DNA from: Acutalibacteraceae bacterium
GTDB lineage: Bacteria; Bacteroidota; Bacteroidia; Bacteroidales; UBA932
Assembly: GCA_963636275.1 (NCBI GenBank)
Contig: CAVHJF010000004.1
Coordinates: 31,802 to 95,801, forward strand
Direction of reading: 5' to 3'
Length of the DNA: 64,000 nucleotides
The notes below the pieces were generated by a model. It was not told the DNA's origin. It made no database searches and worked only from the letters and a program-made list of their open reading frames with translations. Positions 19,492-29,366 of this stretch are shown piece by piece. Each line of letters opens with the position of its first letter. Position 1 is the first letter of the stretch. The translations under genes and the position numbers were made by a program.

Positions 19492-20800
19492 AGTTTTTCA
19501 AAGAACATATACACAGCTGGACACAATTACCAAGGCGACCGTATCGCTCAAGGCGTCAGGTGTTGCCAACGATGAACTGGCTACTGTTGACGGACGTCTT
19601 GCGCAGGTCGTGAAAACCAAAGGTGACGCGGTTACGTTGCAGGTTTTCTCCGGCACGGAGGGTATTCCTACAAATGCTGAAGTGTCATTCCTCGGCGCGC
19701 CTCCGACATTGAAAGTGAGTGACCAGCTTTCCGGACGTTTCTTCAATGCTTACGGACATCCTATTGACGGCGGTCCTGAGGTGGAAGGCGAAGAACGTGA
19801 AATCGGCGGACCATCCGTGAACCCTTATAAGAGACGTCAGCCGTCAGAATTGATTCCTACAGGTATCGCCGGCATTGACCTTAACAACACTATCGTGTCC
19901 GGCCAGAAGATTCCGTTCTTCGCGGATTCAGACCAGCCGTACAACCAAGTTATGGCAGAGGTGGCTCTCCGTGCGGATGTGGACAAGATTATCCTCGGAG
20001 GAATGGGTCTGACCAATGATGACTACCTGTTTTTCAAACACGCTTTCGAGTCTGCCGGAGCATTGGACAAGATTATCTGTTTTGTCAATACGACGGAGGA
20101 GCCTCCTGTAGAGCGACTTCTGATTCCTGATATGACGTTGGCCGCTGCTGAGTATTTCGCTGTGGATAAAAACGAGAAAGTGCTTGTGCTGCTGACAGAT
20201 ATGACCCTTTATGCGGATGCGTTGAGTATCGTTTCCAACCGTATGGATCAGATTCCTTCAAAGGATTCAATGCCTGGCTCACTCTATTCTGATCTTGCAA
20301 AAATTTACGAGAAGGCAGTGCAGCTTCCTGAGGGCGGTTCCATCACCATCATTGCAGTGACAACGTTGAATGACGGTGACATTACTCACGCCATCCCGGA
20401 TAACACCGGTTACATAACCGAAGGGCAGCTCTATCTTCGCGCGGATGCGGATTCCGGAAAGGTCATCATCGACCCGTTCCGTTCGCTTTCCCGTCTGAAA
20501 CAGCTTGTACAGGGCAAGAAGACACGCGAGGACCACAGTCAGGTTATGAATGCGGGCGTGCGTCTTTATGCGGATGCGCAGAATGCAAAGACAAAGCTTG
20601 AGAACGGATTTGATTTGAGCGATTACGATCACCGTTGTCTGGAGTATGCCAAAGAATATGCTACAAGGCTGCTCTCCATCGATGTCAATATCTCCATCAC
20701 GGAGATGCTCGACACAGCCTGGGAGTTGTTTAGCAAGTATTTCACGAAGGCAGAGACCGGTATCAAGCAGGCTTTGATTGACAAATATTGGAAATCGTAA
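19481..20800 (+). CDS. ntpB: V/A-type ATPase subunit B
   Basis: GQKIPFF, SLYSDLAKIYE, THAIPDNTGYITEGQ, SLSRL. Confidence 0.95.
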   Translation: MANKVFQRTYTQLDTITKATVSLKASGVANDELATVDGRLAQVVKTKGDAVTLQVFSGTEGIPTNAEVSFLGAPPTLKVSDQLSGRFFNAYGHPIDGGPEVEGEEREIGGPSVNPYKRRQPSELIPTGIAGIDLNNTIVSGQKIPFFADSDQPYNQVMAEVALRADVDKIILGGMGLTNDDYLFFKHAFESAGALDKIICFVNTTEEPPVERLLIPDMTLAAAEYFAVDKNEKVLVLLTDMTLYADALSIVSNRMDQIPSKDSMPGSLYSDLAKIYEKAVQLPEGGSITIIAVTTLNDGDITHAIPDNTGYITEGQLYLRADADSGKVIIDPFRSLSRLKQLVQGKKTREDHSQVMNAGVRLYADAQNAKTKLENGFDLSDYDHRCLEYAKEYATRLLSIDVNISITEMLDTAWELFSKYFTKAETGIKQALIDKYWKS

Positions 20801-20827
20801 GCCTTATCATTATAACGAAGATTTAAT

Positions 20828-21445
20828 ATGGCAATTAAATTCCAATACAATAAGACGTCGCTGAACAATCTCGGCAAGCAGCTGAAGATGCGTCAGAAGG
20901 CACTCCCTACGTTGCAGAACAAGGAGTCAGCGCTGCGCCTCGAGGTCCGCAAGGCCAAGGAGCGTTCGGTGAAGCTTATTGAGGAACTGAATGCCTCGAT
21001 GAAGAAATACGACTATCTGGCCGCATTGTGGAATGAGTTTGAGCCGAATCTCATATCTATAACTGATGTGGATTTGGTGACAGTCAAACTGGCTGGAGTT
21101 AAAACGCCGGAGCTGAAGGAGATTCATTATGAAATCCGCCCTTTCAACGCGTTCGTCAAACCTGCCTGGTATGCTGACGGAGTGGCTATCCTGAAAGAGA
21201 TGACACGCCTCGGAATTGAGTCGGAAGTCTATCAGGAGAAGAGTCGTATATTGGATTGGCAGAGGAAGAAGACTACTCAGAAGGTCAATCTTTATGAGAA
21301 AGTCCAGATCCCTGGCTATCAGGAGGCTATCAGAAAAATTAAAAGATATATGGAGGATGATGAGAACCTGACCAAGGCATCGTCCAAGATAGTTAAGAGC
21401 CGCCACGAAGAGGAAGAAGCTATGGAGGAGCTGCAGAATGATTAG
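20828..21445 (+). CDS. ntpD: V/A-type ATPase subunit D
   Basis: LPTLQNKE, KTTQKVNLYEKVQIP. Confidence 0.92.
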   Translation: MAIKFQYNKTSLNNLGKQLKMRQKALPTLQNKESALRLEVRKAKERSVKLIEELNASMKKYDYLAALWNEFEPNLISITDVDLVTVKLAGVKTPELKEIHYEIRPFNAFVKPAWYADGVAILKEMTRLGIESEVYQEKSRILDWQRKKTTQKVNLYEKVQIPGYQEAIRKIKRYMEDDENLTKASSKIVKSRHEEEEAMEELQND

Positions 21446-23282
21446 TCCGATGACCAAATACTCCTTTATCCTGCTTTCAGGTGATCAGGAGAAGTTCCTT
21501 GAAGACGTACGTCAGCTCGGTGTCGTTGACATAACGAGATCAGTGAAGCCTGTCGATGAAAAGTCTTCTTCGATGCTGGAGAAAATCTCCGAGATAAAGA
21601 GAGTCTTGACTGTAGTCGAGAATGTGGATTACAGTGCAGAACCGGATTACTCTGAGATTCAGTCGGTTGCTGACAGCATTGTCCTGGAGTCAGGATGCGA
21701 TGCTAAAATCAAGACAGTTGAGAATGCTCTGGATGAGTTGGAATCATTGAAGGCTGAGTTGAGGACTGCTGTGAAAGAGAAAGTTTCCAGACTTCCGTGG
21801 GGAATATTTGATGCAAAGCGTTTAGAAGAACTTGAATCCGCAGGATACAATGTGCATTTCTATTCCGTTCCGGAAAAGAAGTTCGATCAGTCTTGGAAGG
21901 ACTTGTATGCTCTGCAGGTTGTCAATACCATAGACGACAACGTATTTTTCGTTACCGTGTCTCCGGCTTCGGAAGAGTATTCATTCCCTGTCCCTGAAAT
22001 TCAGAGACCGCAGGGCGACTGGCAGGATAGCGAGAATTCAATCAAGAGAATAGAGGAAGAGATTGTTTACAGTAAGGCTAATCTGTTGGCTGTCAAGTCA
22101 TCTGTTGAGGAACTCAAGTCGGGATACGACAAACTTCGCGGAGATCTGGACCTTTATCTTGCAGGTTCTGCGGGCGAGAAGAGCTCCGAGAATATGATTA
22201 CGGCGTTTGTCGGCTTTGCTCCTTCTACGGAAGATGCCCGTCTTTCCGCCGAGTTCGACAAGATGGACATATACTGGTTCAAGGAAGATGCAGTGGAGGA
22301 GGACAATCCGCCGATAAAGCTTCGCAACAACAAGTTTATCAGTATGTTCGAGGTCCTTACCGGAATGTACGGTATGCCTGTTTACAGCGAGTTTGACCCT
22401 ACGCCTATACTCGGCCCTTTCTTCCTGCTGTTCTTCTCTATGTGTATGGGCGATGCCGGATATGGTATTCTGCTCATTATCATAGGTTTGCTTATGAAGA
22501 AATATATGCCTTCGATGAAGTCGATGGCCCCGCTTGTCACTACGCTCGGAGTCGGGACATTCTTTGTCGGTACCATATTGGGCACTTTCTTCGGCATATC
22601 TCTGGCCGGCGCATCTTGGGTGCCTGACTGGCTGAAGAGTTGTATGATAACAGGTAAGGTGGCTGGCTATGACGCTCAGATGGTATTGGCAATCGGTATC
22701 GGTGTTGTTCATATCTGCCTTGCTATGATTGTGAAGGCTGTCGGATACACCAAACGTTTCGGTTTGAAGCACACCATAAGCACTTGGGCTTGGCTGGTCC
22801 TCATACTTGGAGGTCTTGCAACTGCCGGTCTGGCGCTTGCAGGTGTCATTGACGAGACGGTGACAAAATGGATAGTCATAGTTGTCGGCATAATCTCGGG
22901 TTTGGGAATATATGTTTTCAATACTCCGGGACGCAATCCTCTCATCAATATCGGTGCGGGGCTCTGGGATACCTACAATATGGTTACCGGACTCTTGGGT
23001 GACGTCCTCAGCTATATACGTCTTTATGCGCTCGGACTCGCCGGCGGAATGTTGGGCGGAGCGTTCAACGATCTCGCTTATATGGCATTTGACGGTATGC
23101 CTGTAGTAGTCAATTATATAGCTTTCGCGCTCATCGTCCTGTTCGGTCACTCGTTGAACCTTGCGATGTCCTGCCTGGGAGCATTCGTGCATCCTCTGCG
23201 TCTGACATTCGTCGAGTATTTCAAAAATTCGGGATACGAAGGCAGGGGAGTGGCTTATAACCCATTGACAAATAATAAATAA
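21438..23282 (+). CDS. ntpI: V/A-type ATPase subunit I (a)
   Basis: YGMP.Y.E.DPT, GDAGYG, DVLSYIRLYALGLA, HPLRLTFVEYF. Confidence 0.93.
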   Translation: MISPMTKYSFILLSGDQEKFLEDVRQLGVVDITRSVKPVDEKSSSMLEKISEIKRVLTVVENVDYSAEPDYSEIQSVADSIVLESGCDAKIKTVENALDELESLKAELRTAVKEKVSRLPWGIFDAKRLEELESAGYNVHFYSVPEKKFDQSWKDLYALQVVNTIDDNVFFVTVSPASEEYSFPVPEIQRPQGDWQDSENSIKRIEEEIVYSKANLLAVKSSVEELKSGYDKLRGDLDLYLAGSAGEKSSENMITAFVGFAPSTEDARLSAEFDKMDIYWFKEDAVEEDNPPIKLRNNKFISMFEVLTGMYGMPVYSEFDPTPILGPFFLLFFSMCMGDAGYGILLIIIGLLMKKYMPSMKSMAPLVTTLGVGTFFVGTILGTFFGISLAGASWVPDWLKSCMITGKVAGYDAQMVLAIGIGVVHICLAMIVKAVGYTKRFGLKHTISTWAWLVLILGGLATAGLALAGVIDETVTKWIVIVVGIISGLGIYVFNTPGRNPLINIGAGLWDTYNMVTGLLGDVLSYIRLYALGLAGGMLGGAFNDLAYMAFDGMPVVVNYIAFALIVLFGHSLNLAMSCLGAFVHPLRLTFVEYFKNSGYEGRGVAYNPLTNNK

Positions 23283-23296
23283 ACATAAAATTTTAA

Positions 23297-23722
<426 letters not shown>

Positions 23723-23770
23723 CATTTCCAAACTGCTTCGTAACAGCAAGTAAATACAAATCACTTATAT

Positions 23771-23809
23771 CGAGGATGGCCAAAACTAAGGTCATCCTCG
23801 TGTTTTTTT
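23771..23809 (+). terminator. Intrinsic terminator of V-ATPase operon
   Basis: CGAGGATGGCC/GGTCATCCTCG stem followed by TGTTTTTTT. Confidence 0.8.
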
Positions 23810-23880
23810 ACCTATATCTCAAGTCCACGTCAGAGAAAATGGCAGATAAATCGGATTTATTAAAGGTAGTGGTCGATATT

Positions 23881-25032
23881 TTATTTGCTTCGCCATTGGC
23901 CGGCGGACATTCCGGTGAGGCGACGGAAATCAGTGTGGAAATTGCTACCGTCGCTGTAGCCCACGAACTCACTGACCTGTTCTACAGTCATTTCCGGATG
24001 CTCACTGAGCATTGTGCAGGCATCTCGCAACCGCAATCTGTTTCTCCAAGTGCGGAAGTCCATACCGTTCTCGCTTTTCATAAACGCCCGCATTGTAACT
24101 GCGTCTGTATTAAGTTCTTGTAGGATGACCTTGTAAGGAATATCCCGTTCACGGTATTTCCCGTCTGCTTCCCACTGTGCCAGGCGTTCACGGAGTTCCT
24201 GCCTCTGGGCTTCGGGAATGGCGGGTTGCGTCTTTGGAGAGGCTGTGGTCTGCGGCCTTCCCTCAAACTCTTTATTGGTGACATCATTGTTGGCACTGTC
24301 TGAATTATCATAGCCGGTCCTAGTGCCGTCTGAGATTGCCGGGAGTATGAATGATGTACTGCCCACATAGCGTATGGTGCACAGAGTTACGAATGTGTAA
24401 CACGCCAGATATGTCGGGACGAAAATGATATAGAACCACGGCCCGGTAAAGAGTGTGCAGATTGCCAAGAGTCCGATTGTGAGCATCAGAATGAATCCGG
24501 CTCTGATATGGCTGAGCCTTGGTGCACATTCTTCCGCATAATACTCGTTTGCCTCTCTGAGCGTCTCCCCGTGCGAACGGAAGAAGCTGAAACTGTAGAG
24601 TATGAATTGGAGAACAAGCAGGACAACGGCTCCGTAGAAAAGCGGACGATATAGTGCCGGGGTGAGAAACATCGCCGCATACAGTATCAAGGATATTCCC
24701 GTTACGACTGCAATCTGGCTCCCGACCCATTTCCCGGTGACTTTGTCCGGACGGATGAATACAAGCAATGTCCCGGTAAACAGCAGTGCCTGATAGGACG
24801 CGACAATTAGCGTATTCAATCTGTCAAGTTCCTTGTCATAACCGGTAAAATAACAGACCAAGTTCAGCATTGAAAGGGTGATGAACGATACTGCCAGCGT
24901 AGTCCTGGCTTTCCTGAATTTGGTAAACTCCGGCTTATGCGGAATCTGTAGGCTCAGAATGATTGCTGCAAGCGCGGCAATGACTCCGGAGGCAAGCAGC
25001 ATAAGGTCACAATATATTCTATCATTCATCAT
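23881..25032 (-). CDS. Membrane-anchored AraC-family transcriptional regulator
   Basis: Multiple TM helices then FRTWRNRLRL...VGYSDGSNFH.DFRRLTGMS. Confidence 0.88.
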   Translation of the reverse strand: MMNDRIYCDLMLLASGVIAALAAIILSLQIPHKPEFTKFRKARTTLAVSFITLSMLNLVCYFTGYDKELDRLNTLIVASYQALLFTGTLLVFIRPDKVTGKWVGSQIAVVTGISLILYAAMFLTPALYRPLFYGAVVLLVLQFILYSFSFFRSHGETLREANEYYAEECAPRLSHIRAGFILMLTIGLLAICTLFTGPWFYIIFVPTYLACYTFVTLCTIRYVGSTSFILPAISDGTRTGYDNSDSANNDVTNKEFEGRPQTTASPKTQPAIPEAQRQELRERLAQWEADGKYRERDIPYKVILQELNTDAVTMRAFMKSENGMDFRTWRNRLRLRDACTMLSEHPEMTVEQVSEFVGYSDGSNFHTDFRRLTGMSAGQWRSK

Positions 25033-25181
25033 TTCTATCTTTTGACTGGCTAAAAATACGTCTTTTGGACTTTGTTTCATCAAAAATAGTGAAAAAGCCG
25101 GCTCCGCAATATAATTTTAACTGAATAAATAGGTTGAGGTAGGTGGCTGATTTATAGACTAAAATATAAAAATAGGAAATC

Positions 25182-26270
25182 ATGAGAAGAATTATTTTAC
25201 AATTGATAGCAGTAACGGCTATCGTGGCTATTGCAGCGTCTTGTAACAAGGAAAAATCAGGTGAATCGAGACTTCCAGCCAGCGTCATAACGGTTACTGC
25301 AGATACCTGGGATATCGACTATGCAGCTCAGGAGATGACCGTCCGTTTTGAAATCGAAAAGCCTCGTGACGGAGTGGAAATCTTATTTACAACAATGGCA
25401 GACTGGGTGAAAATAGGAACTCCCGGAGATTCTGAAGTGAAACTCGAGGTTGAACAAAACGAGGACAGGACACAGGTGCGTACTGCTTACATAATAGTAT
25501 ACTACGATGACCTCGACCCGCAGGAGTTTACTCTTACGCAAGACTACCTTCACGCTCAGATTGTGCTCTCGCGTCAGAGTGAATCAGTTGACCGTCAGGC
25601 TCAGGAAGTGTCTGTTCCGGTAGAAATTAAGGACCCGGTCTATGATGGAAGTATCAGCGCGGATGTTCCGGTAGAATGGATTTCTGCGGAGCCTGAGGCT
25701 GATGGTCTCAAACTTAATGTACAGGAAAATACGACAGGCGAAGAAAGATCATCAACTGTGACTGTCAATTATCCCGGGGCGGAGCCTGTTACTCTGAGCC
25801 TTGTCCAAAAGGCTGTCAAGGAATATGAGACGGTTACCGGCATAAAGTGGGCGTTGTATAACTGTGGCACCGACGAAGATAATCCTTATGGCGTATTGTA
25901 TAATTGGAAAGAACGCGCGACTGCTTGTGGAGATGGATGGCGTCCGGCAAATTACAAGGAGATGGATATTCTTTTCTCAAGCGCTTCGGAATTTACGTCT
26001 CACAACGGTGTGAAAGGTCGCTGGTATTCAGGGAAAACTGACTATGCTGAGGGGGTTCCGTGTATTTTCCTGGCGGCTGCCGGTGGTTGTTGGGCAGGAG
26101 ATACAAGAGGTCAGGGAGAATTCGGGTATTTCTGGACCGATGATGCCTGGAATAATGGTGCCAGTATGGGTGGACGCAGATTCACAACGACCGATGAAGG
26201 CTTTTATTCGACATCGTCCCTGAGCATAAAGGATGACTTCAAATTCTCTCTCCGATGCGTTAAAGATTGA
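25182..26270 (+). CDS. Surface lipoprotein with two BACON-like domains and FISUMP/C-type-lectin-like C-terminal domain
   Basis: Lipobox AASC; two W..N..R.Q BACON-type repeats; WALYNCG..YG.LYNW..C..GWR..GYFW..SLRCVKD. Confidence 0.8.
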   Translation: MRRIILQLIAVTAIVAIAASCNKEKSGESRLPASVITVTADTWDIDYAAQEMTVRFEIEKPRDGVEILFTTMADWVKIGTPGDSEVKLEVEQNEDRTQVRTAYIIVYYDDLDPQEFTLTQDYLHAQIVLSRQSESVDRQAQEVSVPVEIKDPVYDGSISADVPVEWISAEPEADGLKLNVQENTTGEERSSTVTVNYPGAEPVTLSLVQKAVKEYETVTGIKWALYNCGTDEDNPYGVLYNWKERATACGDGWRPANYKEMDILFSSASEFTSHNGVKGRWYSGKTDYAEGVPCIFLAAAGGCWAGDTRGQGEFGYFWTDDAWNNGASMGGRRFTTTDEGFYSTSSLSIKDDFKFSLRCVKD

Positions 26271-26359
26271 TAATATTTATATAACAAGCGATTCCGTGAG
26301 CATTCCAGAAAATTTTTCAAAAATTTCTGCGATTCGCTTGCGGAATAGTTTTTTTATTG

Positions 26360-26392
26360 TAGATTTGCAGTGTACTAATAAACTCATACACT
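26360..26392 (+). promoter_or_regulatory. -7 promoter element plus YtrA/GntR-type palindromic operator
   Basis: TAGATTTG (26360-26367) followed by AGTGTA-N12-TACACT directly before the ATG; a GntR gene lies in the same operon. Confidence 0.65.
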
Positions 26393-27232
26393 ATGATAGA
26401 TATTAAAAATCTCGGTTTCAGCTATGGCAGTACACCGGTGCTGAAGAACATTACAATGACATTGGAGCCGGGTAAGATTTATGGCTTGCTCGGCGAAAAC
26501 GGTGTCGGCAAAACTACATTGCTGACATTGCTCTGCGGCCTTAAAAAACCGGATGAAGGAAGCATAGAGGTCGACGGAATGAATCCGTATAAAAGAGAGC
26601 CGGAACTTCTTGGACGTCAGTTCTACCTTGCTGACGAGATGCAGGTCCTCCCAATGACGGCAGAAAAGTATGCGCTCGCGACAGGGCAGTTCTGGCCAGG
26701 GTATGACCATAGCAGATTTCTGGAGATTATGGCTCTGTTCGAGAATGACCCTTCAAAGAAATTGAACGAGATGTCCACCGGTCAGCTTAAGAAGACATAC
26801 ATCTCCTTTGCGATGTCGCTCGGTTGCAGATTCATTTATCTTGATGAACCCACCAACGGCTTGGACATCCCTTCAAAGGCCCAGTTCAGAAGTGCTTTGA
26901 TGAAATACACAGATGAGGAAAGCACGATAATCATTTCCACACATCAGGTGAGAGATCTCGAGAATGTGATTGACCCTATAATTATCCTCGACCGTCAGGA
27001 AGTGCTTCTCAATGCAAGTATTGAGACTATTTCCAAGAAACTATATTTTGATTACGGCACTGAGCTGCATCCGGACGCCCTCTATTCCGAGCAAATTCCA
27101 GGAGGATATATCCAGGTGCTTCAGAATGTTGACCTGGCCGACAGCAAGGTGAACATCGAGGCGCTTTTCAATGCCGTACATTCGCATAAAGAGCTTGTAA
27201 AAAATCTTTTCCGCGTTGATTCTGAAAAATAA
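26393..27232 (+). CDS. ABC transporter ATP-binding protein (YtrB-like)
   Basis: GENGVGKTT, MSTGQ, LDEPTNGLD, ISTH. Confidence 0.92.
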   Translation: MIDIKNLGFSYGSTPVLKNITMTLEPGKIYGLLGENGVGKTTLLTLLCGLKKPDEGSIEVDGMNPYKREPELLGRQFYLADEMQVLPMTAEKYALATGQFWPGYDHSRFLEIMALFENDPSKKLNEMSTGQLKKTYISFAMSLGCRFIYLDEPTNGLDIPSKAQFRSALMKYTDEESTIIISTHQVRDLENVIDPIIILDRQEVLLNASIETISKKLYFDYGTELHPDALYSEQIPGGYIQVLQNVDLADSKVNIEALFNAVHSHKELVKNLFRVDSEK

Positions 27233-27238
27233 TCTGCT

Positions 27239-28066
27239 ATGAACAATACATTTTCATTCAGCCGTTTCGGCAAATATTTCAAATATGACTTTCTCCGTTG
27301 GATCTCGTCTTGCGGTCTGCCGGTGCTGATGACATCACTTATGCCGGTGATTCTGTACGCAATCATTGCAATATATGGTCTTGTGTTCAAGGACGGATTT
27401 GAGGCGCCAGGGATTACCGTACGTGCGTTCATTGCTTTTTTTGCGACTATTGTGCTAGTAATTACATATCCGGCAGCGATGTACGGATTCATTACCGACA
27501 AGAAAGCCGGCTCGATGTTTCTGATGTTGCCGGTATCTGTTGCGGAGAAGTTCGCATCGATGATTCTCAACACTGTGATATTGCTTCCGGTGATGTTCGG
27601 AGCTGTTTATTTCATTTCAGATGCGATTATATGTCTGTTGGATCCAAGTTGCGGCAGTACTTTGTTCGCATCTGCGGCAGATATGCTGAAAATCGTATTC
27701 AGAGGGGCTTGGTCAAAGGAAGTGCCGATATCAGTCAGCATGTACTCCTTACTTGCGAATTTTGCAAGTTGTCTGCTGTTCTTCCTGTTGGGTGCAGTCC
27801 TTTTTAAAAAACATAAGAAATTCTATCCGATACTCATCTTGATTGGTATCCAGATGCTGCTCAGCCTTTTGGTCGGTGTCCTTGTTGCGACTGGTCTCGG
27901 CAATCCGGAGTTTATGGAGGGGTTATCCGCTAAATTTGTTGACCATACTGATGCCATAGAAGGTTGCCTTACCGCATTCAATGTGTTCTCTTTCTGTTGG
28001 GATACGTTGGTGATAGTTGGACTCGGAGCCGCCGTATTCTTCAGAGTAAAAACACTGAAACACTGA
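27239..28066 (+). CDS. ABC-2 type permease-like membrane protein
   Basis: About 6 TM helices, LMLPVS..EKF motif. Confidence 0.75.
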   Translation: MNNTFSFSRFGKYFKYDFLRWISSCGLPVLMTSLMPVILYAIIAIYGLVFKDGFEAPGITVRAFIAFFATIVLVITYPAAMYGFITDKKAGSMFLMLPVSVAEKFASMILNTVILLPVMFGAVYFISDAIICLLDPSCGSTLFASAADMLKIVFRGAWSKEVPISVSMYSLLANFASCLLFFLLGAVLFKKHKKFYPILILIGIQMLLSLLVGVLVATGLGNPEFMEGLSAKFVDHTDAIEGCLTAFNVFSFCWDTLVIVGLGAAVFFRVKTLKH

Positions 28067-28130
28067 TGTGCCGGCTGTCTTTCAAAACAGTTTCTAATGA
28101 GATTCAGAACAGTTTCTAAAATTGCATTCT

Positions 28131-28478
28131 ATGAATTTTGATGAAAATAAACCGATATATCTTCAGATATACGACTCAATATGTGACCAGATAATTGACG
28201 GAACGCTTGTTCCTGACGGAAGAATATTGTCAGTGAGGGAGTATGGAGCCAACCTGGGCGTAAACCCCAATACGGTGATGCGTACATATGAAAAACTCAC
28301 ATCTGACGGTATCATATACAACAAACGCGGACTGGGCTATTTCATATCAGCAGAAGCGAAAGATAAAATTATTGAAATGCGACGCAAAGAATTTATACAG
28401 GAAACGTTGCCCAAAATACGAAGACAGATGCGTCAGCTTGGTTTCGGTCCGGAAATATTTGAAAATGACAATATGTAA
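28131..28478 (+). CDS. GntR (YtrA subfamily) transcriptional regulator
   Basis: KPIYLQI, SVRE...VNPNTVMRTY, KRGLGYF. Confidence 0.92.
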   Translation: MNFDENKPIYLQIYDSICDQIIDGTLVPDGRILSVREYGANLGVNPNTVMRTYEKLTSDGIIYNKRGLGYFISAEAKDKIIEMRRKEFIQETLPKIRRQMRQLGFGPEIFENDNM

Positions 28479-28484
28479 ATAATT

Positions 28485-29300
28485 ATGAAAGCAATAAAGG
28501 TTATTTTAGTTTTTATTTCGGTTTTAGCGTTGACTTCGTCTTGCATATTCCGTGTTGATACAAATAGGATTATGAATGAGTTGATGAAGGGTACTAAATT
28601 GAAGGCGAGCCGTGTTTATGTGACCAAGGATACGACCGTGTCTCCGTTCTCGCAACTGAATATCAGCAACTCTGTTTCTGTGTCATTTGTGCAGGATCCG
28701 ACCAAGAATTCAGTCTCAATATTTGCTTCTGACAATGTGATGCCTTATGTCTGGGTCAGTTCCGAGGACGGACGTCTGGAGATTTCGCTTGACCCGGAAG
28801 GGAAAGTTTGTCCGTTTGTCGATTGGGGTGAAATCAGTGTTGTCGTTTATGCACCGGCATTGAACGGCATTAGTGTCGCAGGCTCAAGTTTATTCAGCTG
28901 CACTCATCTGGAACTTTCCGGAGATTTCCAGGCCTCAGTGGCGGGAAGCGGAGATGTTGTGTTCGGAACACTTGTTGCGAATGCCACGAACTTGAACGTG
29001 TCAGGCTCAGGATCTATAGAAATTGAAACTTTCAAGGCTGGGGACGTTAATGTCCAGGTGGCTGGCTCAGGAGATATGGACTTGAAAAATGTTGATGCCA
29101 AGTCAATCAGTGCAAATGTGGCAGGAAGCGGAGAGGTTGATCTGGCCGGAAGGGCGGACAGTGCTGTTTTCTATGTCGTCGGCAGCGGAGAAGTCGATGC
29201 GAAAAAATTCCGGGCTGAAGAGACACAATGTTCTGTCAGCGGCAGCGGTTCAGTGACCTATCAAGATGCTGACGGCAGGGTCAAGAAGGCAAACAAATAG
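28485..29300 (+). CDS. DUF2807 / GIN-domain beta-helix lipoprotein
   Basis: Lipobox TSSC; repeated V.GSG motifs. Confidence 0.85.
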   Translation: MKAIKVILVFISVLALTSSCIFRVDTNRIMNELMKGTKLKASRVYVTKDTTVSPFSQLNISNSVSVSFVQDPTKNSVSIFASDNVMPYVWVSSEDGRLEISLDPEGKVCPFVDWGEISVVVYAPALNGISVAGSSLFSCTHLELSGDFQASVAGSGDVVFGTLVANATNLNVSGSGSIEIETFKAGDVNVQVAGSGDMDLKNVDAKSISANVAGSGEVDLAGRADSAVFYVVGSGEVDAKKFRAEETQCSVSGSGSVTYQDADGRVKKANK

Positions 29301-29322
29301 TTTAACATAGATATATACATTT

Positions 29323-29366
29323 AAAACTCGCGCCATACCTGTGACAGGCCTGGCGCGAGTGTTCTT
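29323..29366. terminator. Bidirectional terminator between convergent genes
   Basis: ACTCGCGCCA/TGGCGCGAGT stem with A run before and T-rich run after. Confidence 0.7.

Noticed and set aside
22098..23192. 364-aa minus-strand ORF
   Set aside because: Antisense to V-ATPase subunit I; no recognisable motifs
23776..24123. 115-aa plus-strand ORF
   Set aside because: Starts inside the terminator hairpin and overlaps the AraC gene antisense
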